Assembly: GCA_047601105.1 (NCBI GenBank)
Contig: JASGJT010000001.1
Location: 492,879 to 556,878 of the forward strand
Length of the DNA: 64,000 nucleotides
From: Pseudoxanthomonas sp.
Lineage (GTDB): Bacteria > Pseudomonadota > Gammaproteobacteria > Xanthomonadales > Xanthomonadaceae
Direction: 5' to 3'
The position numbers and the translations under genes were made by a program. Below are positions 63,530 to 64,000 of this stretch, one piece after another; position 1 is the first letter of the stretch, and every line of letters begins with the position of its first letter. The notes beneath the pieces are model-generated. The model had not been told where the DNA came from and made no database searches. It saw only the letters and a program-made list of their open reading frames with translations.

Positions 63530-64000
63530 ATGCCCGCCCATGCCATTGCGCCGTTGACGCCTTATCTGGCCATGGCCGGGATTGCCGTGCTGTATTACCG
63601 CCGCCTTCGCCGTCATTTCGGCCGGCAGCAATGGCAACCCGGCCGCACGATTTTTCGCATTGTGCTGGTTTCGCTGGTCACGGTGCTGTTGGTGCTGGCA
63701 GCGCTGTACCTGCCGCACGTCGCATGGGGCATCGCGGGCGGGGGTGCGGCAGGGGTTGCACTCGGCCTGCTGTCGCTGCGACATACACAGGCCGAATGGA
63801 TCGACGGGCGTGGCTGGTACACGCCAAACCCGTGGATCGGCGGCGTACTCGGCGTGCTGCTGCTGGGGCGGTTGGCATGGCGCTGGGGGCGAGGTGCGTT
63901 TTCGTCCGGCACGCAACAGGCCCTGCAACAGGCCAGCCCGCTGACGCTGGCGATCGCTGCGGCGCTGATCGCGTATTCGCTGGTCAATGGTGTTGGCCTG
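63530..64000 (+). CDS. Integral membrane protein (DUF1453/CcdC-like), 3' end beyond the window
   Basis: Open frame to the window end: LYYRRLRRHFGRQ, several TM helices, WYTPNPWIG, PLTLA. Not in the ORF track. Confidence 0.72.
   Translation, partial: MPAHAIAPLTPYLAMAGIAVLYYRRLRRHFGRQQWQPGRTIFRIVLVSLVTVLLVLAALYLPHVAWGIAGGGAAGVALGLLSLRHTQAEWIDGRGWYTPNPWIGGVLGVLLLGRLAWRWGRGAFSSGTQQALQQASPLTLAIAAALIAYSLVNGVGL

Overview
High-GC gammaproteobacterial chromosome segment. Gene content and order (rpoD-dtd-lpxL, def-fmt-rsmB, lysM-dprA-smg-topA, TetR-pcm-tolC) suggest Lysobacteraceae/Xanthomonadales; this is inference, no taxonomy search was run. Most of the window is housekeeping: envelope glycosyltransferases, thiC with a TPP riboswitch, a branched-chain amino acid cluster (ilvD divergent from ilvC-ilvG-ilvM-ilvA-leuA, which has a leader-peptide attenuator missing from the ORF track; LysR divergent from leuC-leuD-leuB), an RND efflux system, tolC, ribokinase and prlC. 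An accessory block at about 40.1-50.7 kb holds a sensor diguanylate cyclase, a four-gene Wadjet (JetABCD, SMC-type anti-plasmid) operon and a DUF433/PIN-like toxin-antitoxin pair. Three apparent frameshifts (DGC, jetD, jetB) cluster in this block. The most intriguing candidate for an undescribed system is the PA2779/PA2778-like pair at 23.9-25.3 kb: a small exported protein with an LSDAEL...GG motif before a 28-residue hydrophobic tail, next to a lipoprotein C39-like cysteine peptidase with TPR repeats. Also seen: a perfect 13x8-bp tandem repeat fused to the rsmB stop codon beside a decayed O-antigen-ligase-like remnant, a metE remnant, six copies of a REP/MITE-like palindrome, and three heptamer-periodic inverted repeat arrays. 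All family assignments come from motif recognition by eye, not database searches.
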